Source: an uncultured Acidimicrobiia bacterium
Lineage (GTDB): Bacteria > Actinomycetota > Acidimicrobiia > Spongiisociales > UBA11373
Direction: 5' to 3'
Assembly: GCA_963796115.1 (NCBI GenBank)
Contig: CAWCKE010000007.1
Coordinates: 100,382 to 164,381, forward strand
DNA: 64,000 nt
Shown: positions 1 to 9,703 of the stretch, one piece after another
How the letters are laid out: every line of letters starts with the position of its first letter
How positions within the stretch are numbered: the first letter of the stretch is position 1
Position numbers and translations under genes: made by a program
The notes under the pieces: generated by a model
What the model saw: the letters and a program-made list of their open reading frames with translations, nothing else
Told to the model about the DNA's origin: nothing
Databases searched by the model: none

Positions 1-1
1 G

Positions 2-463
2 GTGATCCACAGCGACCTGGACAACTTCAAGGCCTTCAACGACCACTACGGCTTCATGCGCGGTGACACCGTCATCAAGTTCAACGCCAACGTGCTGGTG
101 GCCGCGGCGGTGGAGACCGGCGACACCACCTGCTTCGTCGGGCACATCGGCGGTGACGACTTCGTGGTGGTCATGCACCCGGACGGCGCCGAGCAATTCT
201 GCAAGACGGTCATAGATCGCTTCGACGACGGCATCCTGGATTTCTATGACCCCGCCGATGCCCTGCGCGGCTTCGTCGAGGTGATCGACCGGCGCGGGGA
301 GCGCCACGCCTTCCCGATCGTCTCGATCTCTCTGGGCGTGGCCACCAATCTGCGCCGCAGCTTTGCGAGCGAGTGGGAGGCCTCGGCGGTGGCGTCGGAG
401 ATGAAGGAGCACGCCAAGCACGAGGCCGGATCCTGCTACAGGGTGGACCGGCGCACCCGCTGA
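2..463 (+). CDS. GGDEF-domain diguanylate cyclase (5' end outside window)
   Basis: DLDNFKAFNDHYG...GD and GHIGGDDF signature motifs. Confidence 0.85.
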   Translation: MIHSDLDNFKAFNDHYGFMRGDTVIKFNANVLVAAAVETGDTTCFVGHIGGDDFVVVMHPDGAEQFCKTVIDRFDDGILDFYDPADALRGFVEVIDRRGERHAFPIVSISLGVATNLRRSFASEWEASAVASEMKEHAKHEAGSCYRVDRRTR

Positions 464-485
464 GCGGCGACCCGGAGCGCCTCGG

Positions 486-491
486 TAGAAT
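486..491 (+). promoter_or_regulatory. Candidate -10 element for the rib operon leader
   Basis: TAGAAT about 12 nt upstream of the FMN riboswitch P1. Confidence 0.4.
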
Positions 492-503
492 GACCTCGTT
501 AGG

Positions 504-622
504 CCCTTCTTCAGGGCAGGGTGCAAACCCCGACCGGCGGTAGAGCCCGCGAACCCCCGCACAGGGGGCCGACCCGGTGAGATCCCGGGGCCGACGGTGA
601 CAGTCCGGATGGGAGAAGGAGG
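504..622 (+). promoter_or_regulatory. FMN riboswitch (RFN element)
   Basis: TCTTCAGGGCAGGGTGCAAACCCCGACCGGCGGTAGAGCCCGCGA...GACCCGGTGAGATCCCGGGGCCGACGGTGACAGTCCGGATGGGAGAAGG matches the RFN consensus and lies directly upstream of riboflavin genes. Confidence 0.96.
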
Positions 623-671
623 GCTCGCGCCGCTTCGCCGCGGCCGCGTGCCCGTGGACGCGGAGGCTGGC

Positions 672-1721
672 ATGGACGAGGAGCGGCTCATGCGGGAGGC
701 GATCTCTCTCGCCGCGCCCGCCCGGCCCCATCCCAACCCGCGGGTGGGTGCCATCGTCCTCGACGCCGAAGGCCGGATGGTGGGCCGGGGCGCCCACGCC
801 GGCCCGGGATCGCCCCACGCCGAGGCCATGGCCCTGGAGGAGGCCGGCGAGCGGGCGGCCGGGGGGACCCTGGCCGTTTCGCTGGAGCCGTGCGACCACA
901 CCGGGCTCACCCCGCCCTGCACGGAGGTGGTTCTCGCGTCGGGGGTGGCCCGGGTGCTGGTGGGCGCGGAGGACCCCGACCCGCGCGTGGCGGGGCGGGG
1001 CATCGCCCGCCTGCGGTCCGCGGGGATCGAGGTGGTCGTCGGTGTCGCCGCCGCCGAGGCGGAGGCGCTGGACCCCGGGTACTTTCACCACCGGCGGACG
1101 GGGCGGCCGCGGGTGACCCTGAAGGCGGCCCTGACCCTGGACGGCTGGGCGGCCGCCGCTGATGGCACTTCGCAGTGGATCACCTCCGAGGAGGCGCGGG
1201 AGGACGGGCATCGCCTGAGGGCGGCGGCCGATGCGGTCGTGGTGGGGGCGGGGACCGTGCTGGCCGACGACCCGGCCCTCACCGTTCGCCTGCCCGGGTA
1301 CTCCGGGGGCCAGCCCCGGGCGGTGGTGGTGGCGGGCCGGCGTCCCTTGCCGCCGCAGGCACGCATCTGGGAGCGCCGGCCGCTGGTGCTCGCGCCCGGC
1401 CCGGCCGACTACCCCGGGGAGGTGGTGGTGGTGCCGGGGCCGGACGGGGTGGACCTGGTCGCCGGCCTGGCCGCGCTAGGCGAGCGGGGCCTTCTGGAGC
1501 TGCTGGTGGAAGGTGGGCCCACCCTGGCCGGGTCGCTCTTGCGGGCCGGCGTGGTCGATCGCGGGGTCTTCTACCTGGGGGCGCGGCTGGGCGGGGGAGA
1601 GGGGACTCCCGCCCTGCGCGGGGGGTTCGGCACCCTGGCCGATGCCCGGCGCGTCCGTGTCGAGTCGGTGGCCGCCGTCGGCCCCGACGTGCGCATCGAG
1701 TTCACCCTGGAGGATCGTTGA
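672..1721 (+). CDS. ribD: Bifunctional riboflavin deaminase/reductase RibD
   Basis: PNPRVGA, HAE and SLEPC..TPPC zinc motifs, reductase VEGG; start set at ATG 672 after GGAGG. Confidence 0.95.
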   Translation: MDEERLMREAISLAAPARPHPNPRVGAIVLDAEGRMVGRGAHAGPGSPHAEAMALEEAGERAAGGTLAVSLEPCDHTGLTPPCTEVVLASGVARVLVGAEDPDPRVAGRGIARLRSAGIEVVVGVAAAEAEALDPGYFHHRRTGRPRVTLKAALTLDGWAAAADGTSQWITSEEAREDGHRLRAAADAVVVGAGTVLADDPALTVRLPGYSGGQPRAVVVAGRRPLPPQARIWERRPLVLAPGPADYPGEVVVVPGPDGVDLVAGLAALGERGLLELLVEGGPTLAGSLLRAGVVDRGVFYLGARLGGGEGTPALRGGFGTLADARRVRVESVAAVGPDVRIEFTLEDR

Positions 1722-2314
1722 TGTTCACCGGCATCGTGGAGTGCATGGGGACCGTCGCCGAGGCTGCCGACGCTGGAGGGAAGCGGCGCTTCACCGTCGA
1801 GGCGGGGAGCCTGGGGGCCGGCCTGAACGTGGGCGACTCGGTGGCGGTGAATGGGGTCTGTCTCACTGTGGTCGAGACGGCGGGGGAGCGCTTCAGGGTG
1901 GAAGCGGTGGAGGAGACGCTGGCCCGCTCCAACCTGGGGGACCTGGAGGCCGGCAGCGCGGTCAACCTGGAACGCCCCATGCGGGCCGACGGCCGCTTCG
2001 ACGGCCACCTGGTCCAGGGCCACGTGGACGGGGTGGGCACCGTGCGCTCCATCATCCCGGAGGGGGCTTCCTTCCGTGTGTGGATGGACGTGCCGGCCGG
2101 GCTGCTCCGCTACCTGGCGGAGAAGGGCTCGGTGGCGGTGGACGGGGTGAGCCTCACCGTGTCGGCGGTGGATGCCACCGGCTGCGAGGTGGTGCTGATC
2201 CCGTACACCCTGGAGGTCACCTTGTTCGGCACCCGCCGCCCCGGCGACCGGGTCAACCTGGAGGTGGATGTGGTCGCCAAGTACGTGGAGCGCCTGTTGG
2301 GGGCGGGCAAATGA
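1721..2314 (+). CDS. ribE: Riboflavin synthase (alpha chain)
   Basis: MFTGIVE N-terminus, [21 protein letters not shown]; TGATG overlap with ribD. Confidence 0.96.
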   Translation: MFTGIVECMGTVAEAADAGGKRRFTVEAGSLGAGLNVGDSVAVNGVCLTVVETAGERFRVEAVEETLARSNLGDLEAGSAVNLERPMRADGRFDGHLVQGHVDGVGTVRSIIPEGASFRVWMDVPAGLLRYLAEKGSVAVDGVSLTVSAVDATGCEVVLIPYTLEVTLFGTRRPGDRVNLEVDVVAKYVERLLGAGK

Positions 2315-3535
2315 CCACCTTCTCGACCATCCCCGAGGCGGTGGAGGCCTTCGAGCGCGGGGAGTTCGTGGTCGTCGTGGACGACGCCGACCGGGAGAAC
2401 GAGGGCGACCTGATCGTGTCCGCGGAGAAGGTGACGGCCGCCCAGGTGGCCTTCATGGTGCGGCACACCAGCGGGCTCATCTGCGTATCGGTGCCGGGGG
2501 AGCGCCTCGACGAACTACGCCTGCCGTTGATGGTGTCGGAGAACACCGACTCGCATCGGACCGCGTTCACCATCTCGGTGGACTATGTCCACGGCACCAC
2601 GACCGGCATCTCCGCAGGGGATCGGGCGGCCACCATCAGGGCGATCGTGGACCCGCGCACTCGGCCTTCCGACCTGGCCCGACCCGGCCACATCTTCCCG
2701 CTGCGCTACCGGGAGGGCGGGGTCCTCAAGCGGGCGGGGCACACCGAGGCCGCCGTGGACCTGGCTCGCCTGGCCGGGCTCTACCCGGCGGGGGTCCTCT
2801 GCGAGCTGGTCAACGAAGACGGGACCATGGCCCGCCTGCCCGAGCTGCGGCGGTTCTGCGACGAGCACGGGATCCACCTGGTGAGCATTGCCGACCTCAT
2901 CGCCCATCGCCGTCACCGCGAGAAGCTGGTGCGGCGGGTGGCCGAGGCGTTCATCCCGACCGAGTTCGGGCCGTTCCGGGCGGTGGGGTACGAGTCGGTG
3001 CTCGACGGGGCCCACCACATCGCCCTCGTCCGCGGCGAGGTGGCGGGGCAGCCGGACACGCTGGTCCGGATGCACTCGGAGTGCCTGACCGGTGATGTCT
3101 TCGGCAGCCGCCGCTGCGATTGCGGGTTCCAGCTGCGCCAGGCCCTCCAGCGGGTGGGCGAGGAGGGACGCGGCGTGGTGGTCTACCTGCGGGGCCACGA
3201 GGGGCGCGGGCATCGGCTTGCTGCACAAGCTGGCCGCCTACGCGCTGCAGGACAACGGGCGGGACACGGTGGAGGCCAACGAGGACCTGGGGCTGCCGGT
3301 GGACGCCCGCGACTACGGCATCGGCGCCCAGATCCTGGCCGACCTGGGGGTGACCAGCATGCGCCTGCTCACCAACAACCCGGCGAAGCGGGCCGGTCTG
3401 GAAGGCTACGGTTTGAGCATCACCGAGCGGGTGCCGCTGCAGACCAGGCCGACGGCGGAGAATCGCCGCTACCTGGAGACGAAAGTGGAGAAGATGGGCC
3501 ATCTGATCGAGCTGGGAGACGAGCCGGATGCCTGA
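2311..3535 (+). CDS. ribBA: Bifunctional DHBP synthase / GTP cyclohydrolase II (frameshift near 3205)
   Basis: [31 protein letters not shown]...RCDCG, continuing in another frame with GIGLLHKL...LLTNNP. Confidence 0.93.
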
Positions 3536-3998
3536 GATCGAAGGGGCCGGTGACGCGAGCGGCCTGAGAGTGGGAGTGGTGGTGGCGACCTTCAACGAGG
3601 TGGTCACCGCCGGGCTGCTGCAGGGCGCCCTCGAGGCGCTCTCGGCGGCCGGTGCTGTGGACCCGATCGTGGTCCGGGTGGCGGGGTCTTTCGAGATTCC
3701 GGTCGTGGCGCGTGCCCTGGCCGAGGGCGGCTGCGACTGCGTGGTGGCCCTGGGGGCGGTCATCAAGGGGGAGACCGACCACTACGAGCACGTCGCCACC
3801 CAAGCGATCGCCGGGCTTCGCCAGGTAGCGGTGGAGACGGGGGTGCCGGTGGGGCTGGGGGTGCTCACGACGCGGCGGGTCGAGCACGCCCGTGCCCGGA
3901 GCCTGCCCGGCCCGGGGAACAAAGGGGCGGAGGCGGCCTTGGCGGCGGTGAGCGCGGCCAACGCCCTCCGGCTCCTGCCGCGCCCGTCGGACGGGTAG
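3528..3998 (+). CDS. ribH: 6,7-dimethyl-8-ribityllumazine synthase
   Basis: [32 protein letters not shown]. Confidence 0.95.
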   Translation: MPEIEGAGDASGLRVGVVVATFNEVVTAGLLQGALEALSAAGAVDPIVVRVAGSFEIPVVARALAEGGCDCVVALGAVIKGETDHYEHVATQAIAGLRQVAVETGVPVGLGVLTTRRVEHARARSLPGPGNKGAEAALAAVSAANALRLLPRPSDG

Positions 3999-4004
3999 CA
4001 GGCC

Positions 4005-4739
4005 GTGGCCGACACGGTGCCGCCCCTGCGAGAAGCACTCAAGCGAAAGGTACCCAGCCTGGAGTTCGAGCGCGAGCTGTGGACGGCGGGGGCCGGGGTG
4101 GTGGTGGGCATGGACGAGGTCGGCCGGGGCGCCTGGGCGGGCCCCCTGACGGTGGGGGCGGCCGTCCTGCCGTGCGACCGGCGGGTGTACAAGGTGCGGG
4201 ACTCCAAGATGCTCACCGAGGAGGAGCGCGAGAGGCTGTTCGGCCGGGTGGCGGGGTGGTGCCGCGCCTGGGCGGTGGGCCACGCCTCACCCGAGGAGTG
4301 CGATCGGCTGGGGATGTCGGAGGCCCAGCGGCTGGCCGCCCGGCGGGCGCTGGAGGGGCTGGGCCTGCGGCCCGATGCCGTCTTGATCGACGGCACCTGG
4401 GACTTCGTGGGCGGGGCGCGGGGCATCGCCGGGGGCGACGCCTCCTGCCTGTCGATCGCCGCCGCCTCCATACTGGCCAAGGTCACCCGCGACCGCCTGA
4501 TGCGGGCCGAGGCCGAGCACTACCCGGCATACTGGTTCGAGTCCAACAAGGGCTACCCGGGCCCGCGCCACCGGGCCGCGCTGCAGTGGCTCGGGCCGAG
4601 CGCCATCCACCGGTGCTCCTGGGTCTTCATGGACTCCCTGGTGTGGCCGGGTCTCGCTCGCTTCGAGCGGCCCGGCTTCCAGCGCACCCTCTTCCCCGCG
4701 GCGGTGGGGCAGCGATTCGTGGAGGTCGCGGAGGGGTAG
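4005..4739 (+). CDS. rnhB: Ribonuclease HII
   Basis: GMDEVGRGAWAGP, DSK, IDG, IAAASILAKVTRD, NKGY. Confidence 0.95.
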   Translation: MADTVPPLREALKRKVPSLEFERELWTAGAGVVVGMDEVGRGAWAGPLTVGAAVLPCDRRVYKVRDSKMLTEEERERLFGRVAGWCRAWAVGHASPEECDRLGMSEAQRLAARRALEGLGLRPDAVLIDGTWDFVGGARGIAGGDASCLSIAAASILAKVTRDRLMRAEAEHYPAYWFESNKGYPGPRHRAALQWLGPSAIHRCSWVFMDSLVWPGLARFERPGFQRTLFPAAVGQRFVEVAEG

Positions 4740-4861
4740 GGGCGGGGCAGGCCGTCCCGCCGCCCACGGCGTGGGCGCCCGCGGAACGCGTAGGCTGGGC
4801 TCAACCCACACGGCCCGGGCGGTGGACCGACGGGGCCGGGAGCGAGGGAGGTCAGATCCTG

Positions 4862-6553
4862 ATGGCACGGGCTGGTCACGGTTCTCGGGGGATTGGCGCG
4901 ACGGCCACGTGGGTGGCGGTCCTCTTGTTCACCGTCCTGGGGCTGCTGCTGCCGCCGACGGCCACGGCATCGGGGGACACGTGGGCCGTGGGGCAGGAGC
5001 CGGTTCTGGCCGGCACCGATGGCGCAGACGGCCTTGACCCGCGCATAACGGGCGGCGTCGAGGTGGACCCGCCCGGCAAGTACCCCTTCATGGCGGCGCT
5101 CGTCACGCGGGGCGGCGACGCCTTCTGGGACCAGTTCTGCGGCGGGTCGGTGATAGCGGCGGACTGGGTGCTGACGGCCGCCCACTGCGTGGTGGGAGAG
5201 AGCGCGGGCACCATCGACGTGGTCGTCGGCCGCCACGACCTGACCTCGGACGCGGGTGAGCGGATCCGGGCCTCGCTGATTCTCGTTCACCCCTCCTACG
5301 ACGACGTGTCACTGGAGAACGACCTGGCCCTGATCCGGTTGGCGACCCCCACTTCGGTCGAGCCGGTGCGCCTTCCGTCGGACGGCTCCCTCGAGGGGCC
5401 GGGGACGGCGGTCACGGTGCTGGGCTGGGGCGACACGCTGAGCACCCCGCAGTGGCCTCACGGGCTGCGCGAGGTGACGCTACCGCTGGTCTCGGACACC
5501 GACTGCCAGGCGGCCTATGCGGGGTTCGACTACCCCGAGTACGTGCTGCCTTCGGCCCTCATGCTCTGCGCCGGCGATCTCGAGGCTGGCGGGATTGACT
5601 CCTGCTCGGGAGACAGCGGCGGCCCGCTGTTCGCCGGCAGCACCGACGGGTTCACCCAGCTGGGGATCGTCTCGTGGGGCAACGAGTGCGGCCTGCCGGG
5701 CTATCCGGGGGTCTACACCAGGGTGTCGGCCTACGCGGCCTGGATCACCGGCCAGCTCGCCACCGGCGCCGGCCCCATGTGCTTCGGGATGGTGGCGACC
5801 ATCGTCGGCACGCCCGCCGGGGAGAGGATCGAGGGGACGCCCGGCGCCGATGTGATCGTGGGGCGGGGCGGCAACGACGTGATCAACGGCCTGGAGGGCG
5901 ACGATCGGATCTGTGGAGGGCCGGGTGCCGACGTCATCGACGCCGGGAAGGGGCACGACCGGGTGCAGGGAGGAGCGGACGGAGACGTGATCCGGGGTGG
6001 GTTGGGTGCCGACGCGCTGCGCGGAGGGGCGGGCGCCGACGACATCGCGGGCGGGCTCAGCAACGACACGCTCTCCGGGGAGCGCGGGGCCGACCTCCTG
6101 GATGGGGGCGAGGGCACCGACAAGGTCGTCGGGGGGTTGGGCATCGACACCTGCTACGGGGAGGCCGCCTGGACCTGCGAGCTGCCCGAGTCGGCCGGCG
6201 CGGTGTGCGACCCTGCCGCCGTCCCCCTCGTCCTCGGGACCGCGACCGAGGGGACGATCGAGGCGACGGAGCTGCCCTACCCGGCCAACGCCGTCTACTA
6301 CTGCGTGGAGGTCCCGCGGGCAACCGGCGAGGTGACCGTGGACCTGACCGGGATGACCACCGACCTCGACCTGTACGTGGGGATCGGGTCGATAGCGGAC
6401 GCCCAGTACCACTGGGACTGGGGCTCCGCGGACTGGGGGACCGCCGACGAGCACATCGCCATCACCCAGCCGCCGGCGGGGCTGTACTACCTGGAGGTGC
6501 TCTCGTTCCTCGGGGAGCACTCCGATTTCACCATTCTGGTGACGGCGGACTAG
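4862..6553 (+). CDS. Secreted trypsin-like (S1) serine protease with RTX-type Ca-binding repeats and C-terminal PPC-like domain
   Basis: Signal peptide, RITGG activation site, TAAHC / NDLAL / GDSGGP triad, GGxGxDxL repeats, DLDLY motif. Confidence 0.88.
   Translation: MARAGHGSRGIGATATWVAVLLFTVLGLLLPPTATASGDTWAVGQEPVLAGTDGADGLDPRITGGVEVDPPGKYPFMAALVTRGGDAFWDQFCGGSVIAADWVLTAAHCVVGESAGTIDVVVGRHDLTSDAGERIRASLILVHPSYDDVSLENDLALIRLATPTSVEPVRLPSDGSLEGPGTAVTVLGWGDTLSTPQWPHGLREVTLPLVSDTDCQAAYAGFDYPEYVLPSALMLCAGDLEAGGIDSCSGDSGGPLFAGSTDGFTQLGIVSWGNECGLPGYPGVYTRVSAYAAWITGQLATGAGPMCFGMVATIVGTPAGERIEGTPGADVIVGRGGNDVINGLEGDDRICGGPGADVIDAGKGHDRVQGGADGDVIRGGLGADALRGGAGADDIAGGLSNDTLSGERGADLLDGGEGTDKVVGGLGIDTCYGEAAWTCELPESAGAVCDPAAVPLVLGTATEGTIEATELPYPANAVYYCVEVPRATGEVTVDLTGMTTDLDLYVGIGSIADAQYHWDWGSADWGTADEHIAITQPPAGLYYLEVLSFLGEHSDFTILVTAD
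5840..6160 (+). repeat. Coding RTX/hemolysin-type nonapeptide repeats (27-nt period)
   Basis: About 11 consecutive GxxGxDxI/L units in the protease translation. Confidence 0.8.
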
Positions 6554-6592
6554 CCGGGTCGCCGTGCCCGGCCTGGTCAGGGGCCCGTTGGC

Positions 6593-6620
6593 TTGCGCCG
6601 TCCCCCTCGGCCCGTATACT
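6593..6620 (+). promoter_or_regulatory. Sigma70-type promoter of the infC-rpmI-rplT operon
   Basis: TTGCGC-16 nt-TATACT. Confidence 0.65.
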
Positions 6621-6637
6621 TCCGCCGACAACCGACA

Positions 6638-6730
6638 CAGCAAGTGGAGGCGCTGCTTCCCACCCGGCCGCCCGCGGGCGCGCCGAGGTTTCCACACCGG
6701 AGACGGCAGCTGCCTGCCGTCTTTTGTTTG
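6638..6730 (+). promoter_or_regulatory. Putative L20-binding ribosomal protein leader with attenuator hairpin
   Basis: CAAGTGGAGGCGCTGCTTCCCACC resembles the L20 leader core, followed by the hairpin AGACGGCAG-CTGC-CTGCCGTCT plus TTTGTTT before infC. Confidence 0.65.
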
Positions 6731-6745
6731 ACCACAGGAGGAGCG

Positions 6746-7312
6746 ATAGCACAGGAACTCCGTGTCAACGAGCGCATACGGGCGCGCGAGGTGAGGCTGG
6801 TGGCCCCCGACGGTTCACAGATCGGGGTGCGCACCCTGGAGGAGGCACAGTGGCTCTCCCAGCAGCTGGGCCTGGACCTCGTCGAAGTGGCCCCCGAGGC
6901 CAAGCCGCCCGTGTGCCGGCTGATGGACTACGGCAAGTACAAGTACGAGCAGTCGGTCCGCCAGCGTGAGGCTCGCAAGAAGCAGACCCGGACCATCATC
7001 AAGGAAGTGAAGTTCCGGCCCAAGATCGACGACCACGACTACGAGGTCAAGAAGCGCCGGGTGGTCGAGTTCCTCGAAGAGGGGGACAAGATCAAGGTCA
7101 CGCTGATGTTCCGGGGCCGGGAGATCACCCATCCCGAGTTGGGCGAGCGCATCCTGCGCCGGCTTGCCCAGGACGTGGAGGGGGTCGGGGCCATCGAGGT
7201 GCCGCCGGCACTCGAGGGCCGGAACATGACCATGCAGTTGGCGCCGGAGCGGAAGGCCCGTCGGGCCCGGGAGGCCGAGGCGGCCCCCGGCCCCGCCGCT
7301 GCCGAGGAGTGA
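6746..7312 (+). CDS. infC: Translation initiation factor IF-3 (non-canonical ATA start)
   Basis: RVNERIRAREVRLV, PPVCRLMDYGKYKY, KEVKFRPKI; SD AGGAGG just upstream of ATA, no ATG/GTG in position. Confidence 0.95.
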   Translation: MAQELRVNERIRAREVRLVAPDGSQIGVRTLEEAQWLSQQLGLDLVEVAPEAKPPVCRLMDYGKYKYEQSVRQREARKKQTRTIIKEVKFRPKIDDHDYEVKKRRVVEFLEEGDKIKVTLMFRGREITHPELGERILRRLAQDVEGVGAIEVPPALEGRNMTMQLAPERKARRAREAEAAPGPAAAEE

Positions 7313-7316
7313 CGAC

Positions 7317-7517
7317 ATGCCGAAGACGAAGACCAGCCGGGCAACGGCGAAGCGCATCAAGGTGACCGGCGCGGGCCGGCTCCGCCGCCGCCAGGCCGGC
7401 GGGAAGCACCTCAAGGTGGGCAAGAAGCCGCGGAGCAGCCGCCTCACCCGCCTCAAGGGCGAGGTAGATGTGTCCCGTTCTGAGCGTCGCCGGGTCGGCC
7501 GGCTGCTGGGGAGGTAG
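7317..7517 (+). CDS. rpmI: 50S ribosomal protein L35
   Basis: MPKTKT...KRIKVTGAG; synteny infC-rpmI-rplT. Confidence 0.95.
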   Translation: MPKTKTSRATAKRIKVTGAGRLRRRQAGGKHLKVGKKPRSSRLTRLKGEVDVSRSERRRVGRLLGR

Positions 7518-7523
7518 ACCGCC

Positions 7524-7883
7524 ATGGCACGCGTCAAGCGCTCCGTCAATTCCAAGAAGGGCCGCCGCAAGATCCTGGAGAGGGCCCAGGGGTACAAGGG
7601 TTCCCGCAGCCGCCGCCTGCGCACCGCTCACGAGCAGGTGATGCACGCGATGCAGGACGCCTACCGCGACCGGCGTGCCCGCAAGGGCGAGTTCCGGCGC
7701 CTGTGGATCGCCCGCATCAACGCCGCCGCCCGTACCCACGGCACCACCTACTCCCGGCTCATGGCCGACCTGAAGGCGGCCGAGGTCGAGGTCGACCGCC
7801 GGATGCTGGCCGAGATGGCCGTGCGCGACCCGGAGGCGTTCGGCCGCCTGGTCGCCGACACCGCGGGGAAATCCAACGGCTGA
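7524..7883 (+). CDS. rplT: 50S ribosomal protein L20
   Basis: [29 protein letters not shown]. Confidence 0.97.
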   Translation: MARVKRSVNSKKGRRKILERAQGYKGSRSRRLRTAHEQVMHAMQDAYRDRRARKGEFRRLWIARINAAARTHGTTYSRLMADLKAAEVEVDRRMLAEMAVRDPEAFGRLVADTAGKSNG

Positions 7884-7917
7884 AGCCGTCCAACCGGCCT
7901 CGCCCCGCAATCGGCGG

Positions 7918-8643
7918 GTGCAGGAGGCCATCCGCCTGCAGGAGGCTCGGGGACGGGCCGAGACGGGGCGCGCCCTGCTCGAGGGCCCCAAGCTGCTGGC
8001 CGAGGCGGTGAGCGCCCGCGTCCGAGTGGAGCAGGTCTTCGCCCTGGCGGACGATGCCGGCTCGGCCGAGATGGCCCGGGCCTGCGGCGCCGAACTGGTC
8101 GTGGTGGACGACCGCGGCTTGCGGCGCCTGGCCACCACCGAGCACCCACAGAGCCCGGTGGCGGTGATGGTGATCCCCGAGACGGGACTGGCGGGCACCG
8201 GGGACCTCCTGGTTGCCTGGGGAGTGGGGGACCCGGGGAACGTGGGCACCCTGATCCGCTGCGCCGCCGCGTTCGGCCTCGGCTTCGCGGCCGGGCCGGG
8301 GACGGCCGACCCCTGGGCGCCCAAGGTGCTGCGGGCCGCCGCCGGCGGCCACTTCCGGGCTGGGGTCGCGCGGGTGGCAACGCCGGACGAACTGAGGACC
8401 GGCGGGCGGCGTCTGGCGGCCACCGTGGCTCGCGGTGGCATTCCCCCGGCGGCGCTCCCTTCCGGTCCGCTGGCGCTGCTGGTGGGTGACGAGGCCCGCG
8501 GCCTCCCCGGCGACGTGGTGGAGGCATGTGACCTGGCGGTGACGATCGCCATGCCCGGCGGGGCCGAGAGCCTGAACGCGGCCGTGGCCGGCGCGATCGT
8601 GGCCTACGAGGTGGCGGCCAGGGGCCGGGCGGCCGGGGACTAA
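7918..8643 (+). CDS. TrmH/SpoU-family RNA methyltransferase (start uncertain)
   Basis: DPGNVGTLIR, GDEARG, ESLNAAVAG SPOUT motifs; usual position between rplT and pheS. Confidence 0.9.
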   Translation: MQEAIRLQEARGRAETGRALLEGPKLLAEAVSARVRVEQVFALADDAGSAEMARACGAELVVVDDRGLRRLATTEHPQSPVAVMVIPETGLAGTGDLLVAWGVGDPGNVGTLIRCAAAFGLGFAAGPGTADPWAPKVLRAAAGGHFRAGVARVATPDELRTGGRRLAATVARGGIPPAALPSGPLALLVGDEARGLPGDVVEACDLAVTIAMPGGAESLNAAVAGAIVAYEVAARGRAAGD

Positions 8644-8654
8644 CCTCCGGCGCC

Positions 8655-9703
8655 ATGGACGATGTGGTCGCCCGCCTGCGGGCCGTCGAGGAGGATGGCG
8701 CTGGCCCGGCTCGGCGCGGCCGGGACGACGGCGGAGATCGAGTCGCTCGAGCGTGAAGTGCTGGGCAACGCCTCGGCGGTGGCCGAGGCCCGCCGCAGCC
8801 TGCGCGGCCTGTCCGACGAGCAACGGCGCGAGATGGGGCGGGCCATCAACGACATCGCCGGCCGTCTGCAGGAACGCATCAGCGCCCGCCGGGCCGAGGT
8901 GACGGCCGTCGAGGAGGCCACCCGCCTGGAGAAGGAGCGCCTCGACATCACCCTGCCGGGGAGGGCGCCGGCCCGGGGGGCGGCGCACCTGGTGATGCAG
9001 GTGTTCGAGGAGGTCACCGACATCTTCGTCGCTCTCGGCTACACGGTGGCCGACGGGCCGGAGGCGGAGACGGCCTACTACCACTTCGACGCGCTGAACA
9101 CCCCGCCGACCCATCCTGCCCGCCTGGAGAGCGACACCCTCTACGTCGAGCACGGCAGCGACCCGGAGGGGGTGCTGCTGCGGGCCCAGACTTCGCCGGT
9201 GCAGGTGCGCTACATGGAGAAGCACCCGCCCCCCGTCTACCTGGTGTCGCCGGGCCGGGTGTTCCGCCGCGACACCATGGACGCCACCCACACGCCGGTG
9301 TTCCACCAGATCGAGGGGCTGGCGGTCGACACCGACGTCACCTTCGCCGACCTCAAGGGCACCCTGGCCCACTTCGCCAAGCAGTTCTTCGGGCCCGCGG
9401 CAGAAGGTGCGCTTCGTGCCCCACTTCTTCCCCTTCACCGAGCCGTCGGCCGAGTTGCACACGTCGTGCTTCGCCTGCGGCGGGTCGGGCTGCCGCGTCT
9501 GCGGGGGCAGCGGCTGGATCGAGCTGCTCGGCTGCGGGGTGGTGGACCCCAACGTGTTCGAGGCGGTGGGCTACGACCCCACCGCGGTGTCCGGCTTCGC
9601 CTTCGGGGTGGGCCTCGACCGCCTGGCGCAGATCCGCCACGGGGTGCCGGAGTTGCGCTACTTCTTCGATCCCGATCTCCGGGTGCTGGAGCAGTTCCGA
9701 TGA
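8655..9703 (+). CDS. pheS: Phenylalanine--tRNA ligase alpha subunit (frameshifts near 8695 and 9400)
   Basis: HPAR...[42 protein letters not shown]. Confidence 0.95.

Noticed and set aside
597-671. Longer N-terminus for RibD from the ORF track
   Set aside because: It overlaps the FMN riboswitch and expression platform. ATG 672 has a proper GGAGG RBS.
5840-6160. Periodic repeats as a CRISPR array or VNTR
   Set aside because: These are in-frame degenerate RTX nonapeptide codons within the protease, with no repeat-spacer structure and no cas genes.
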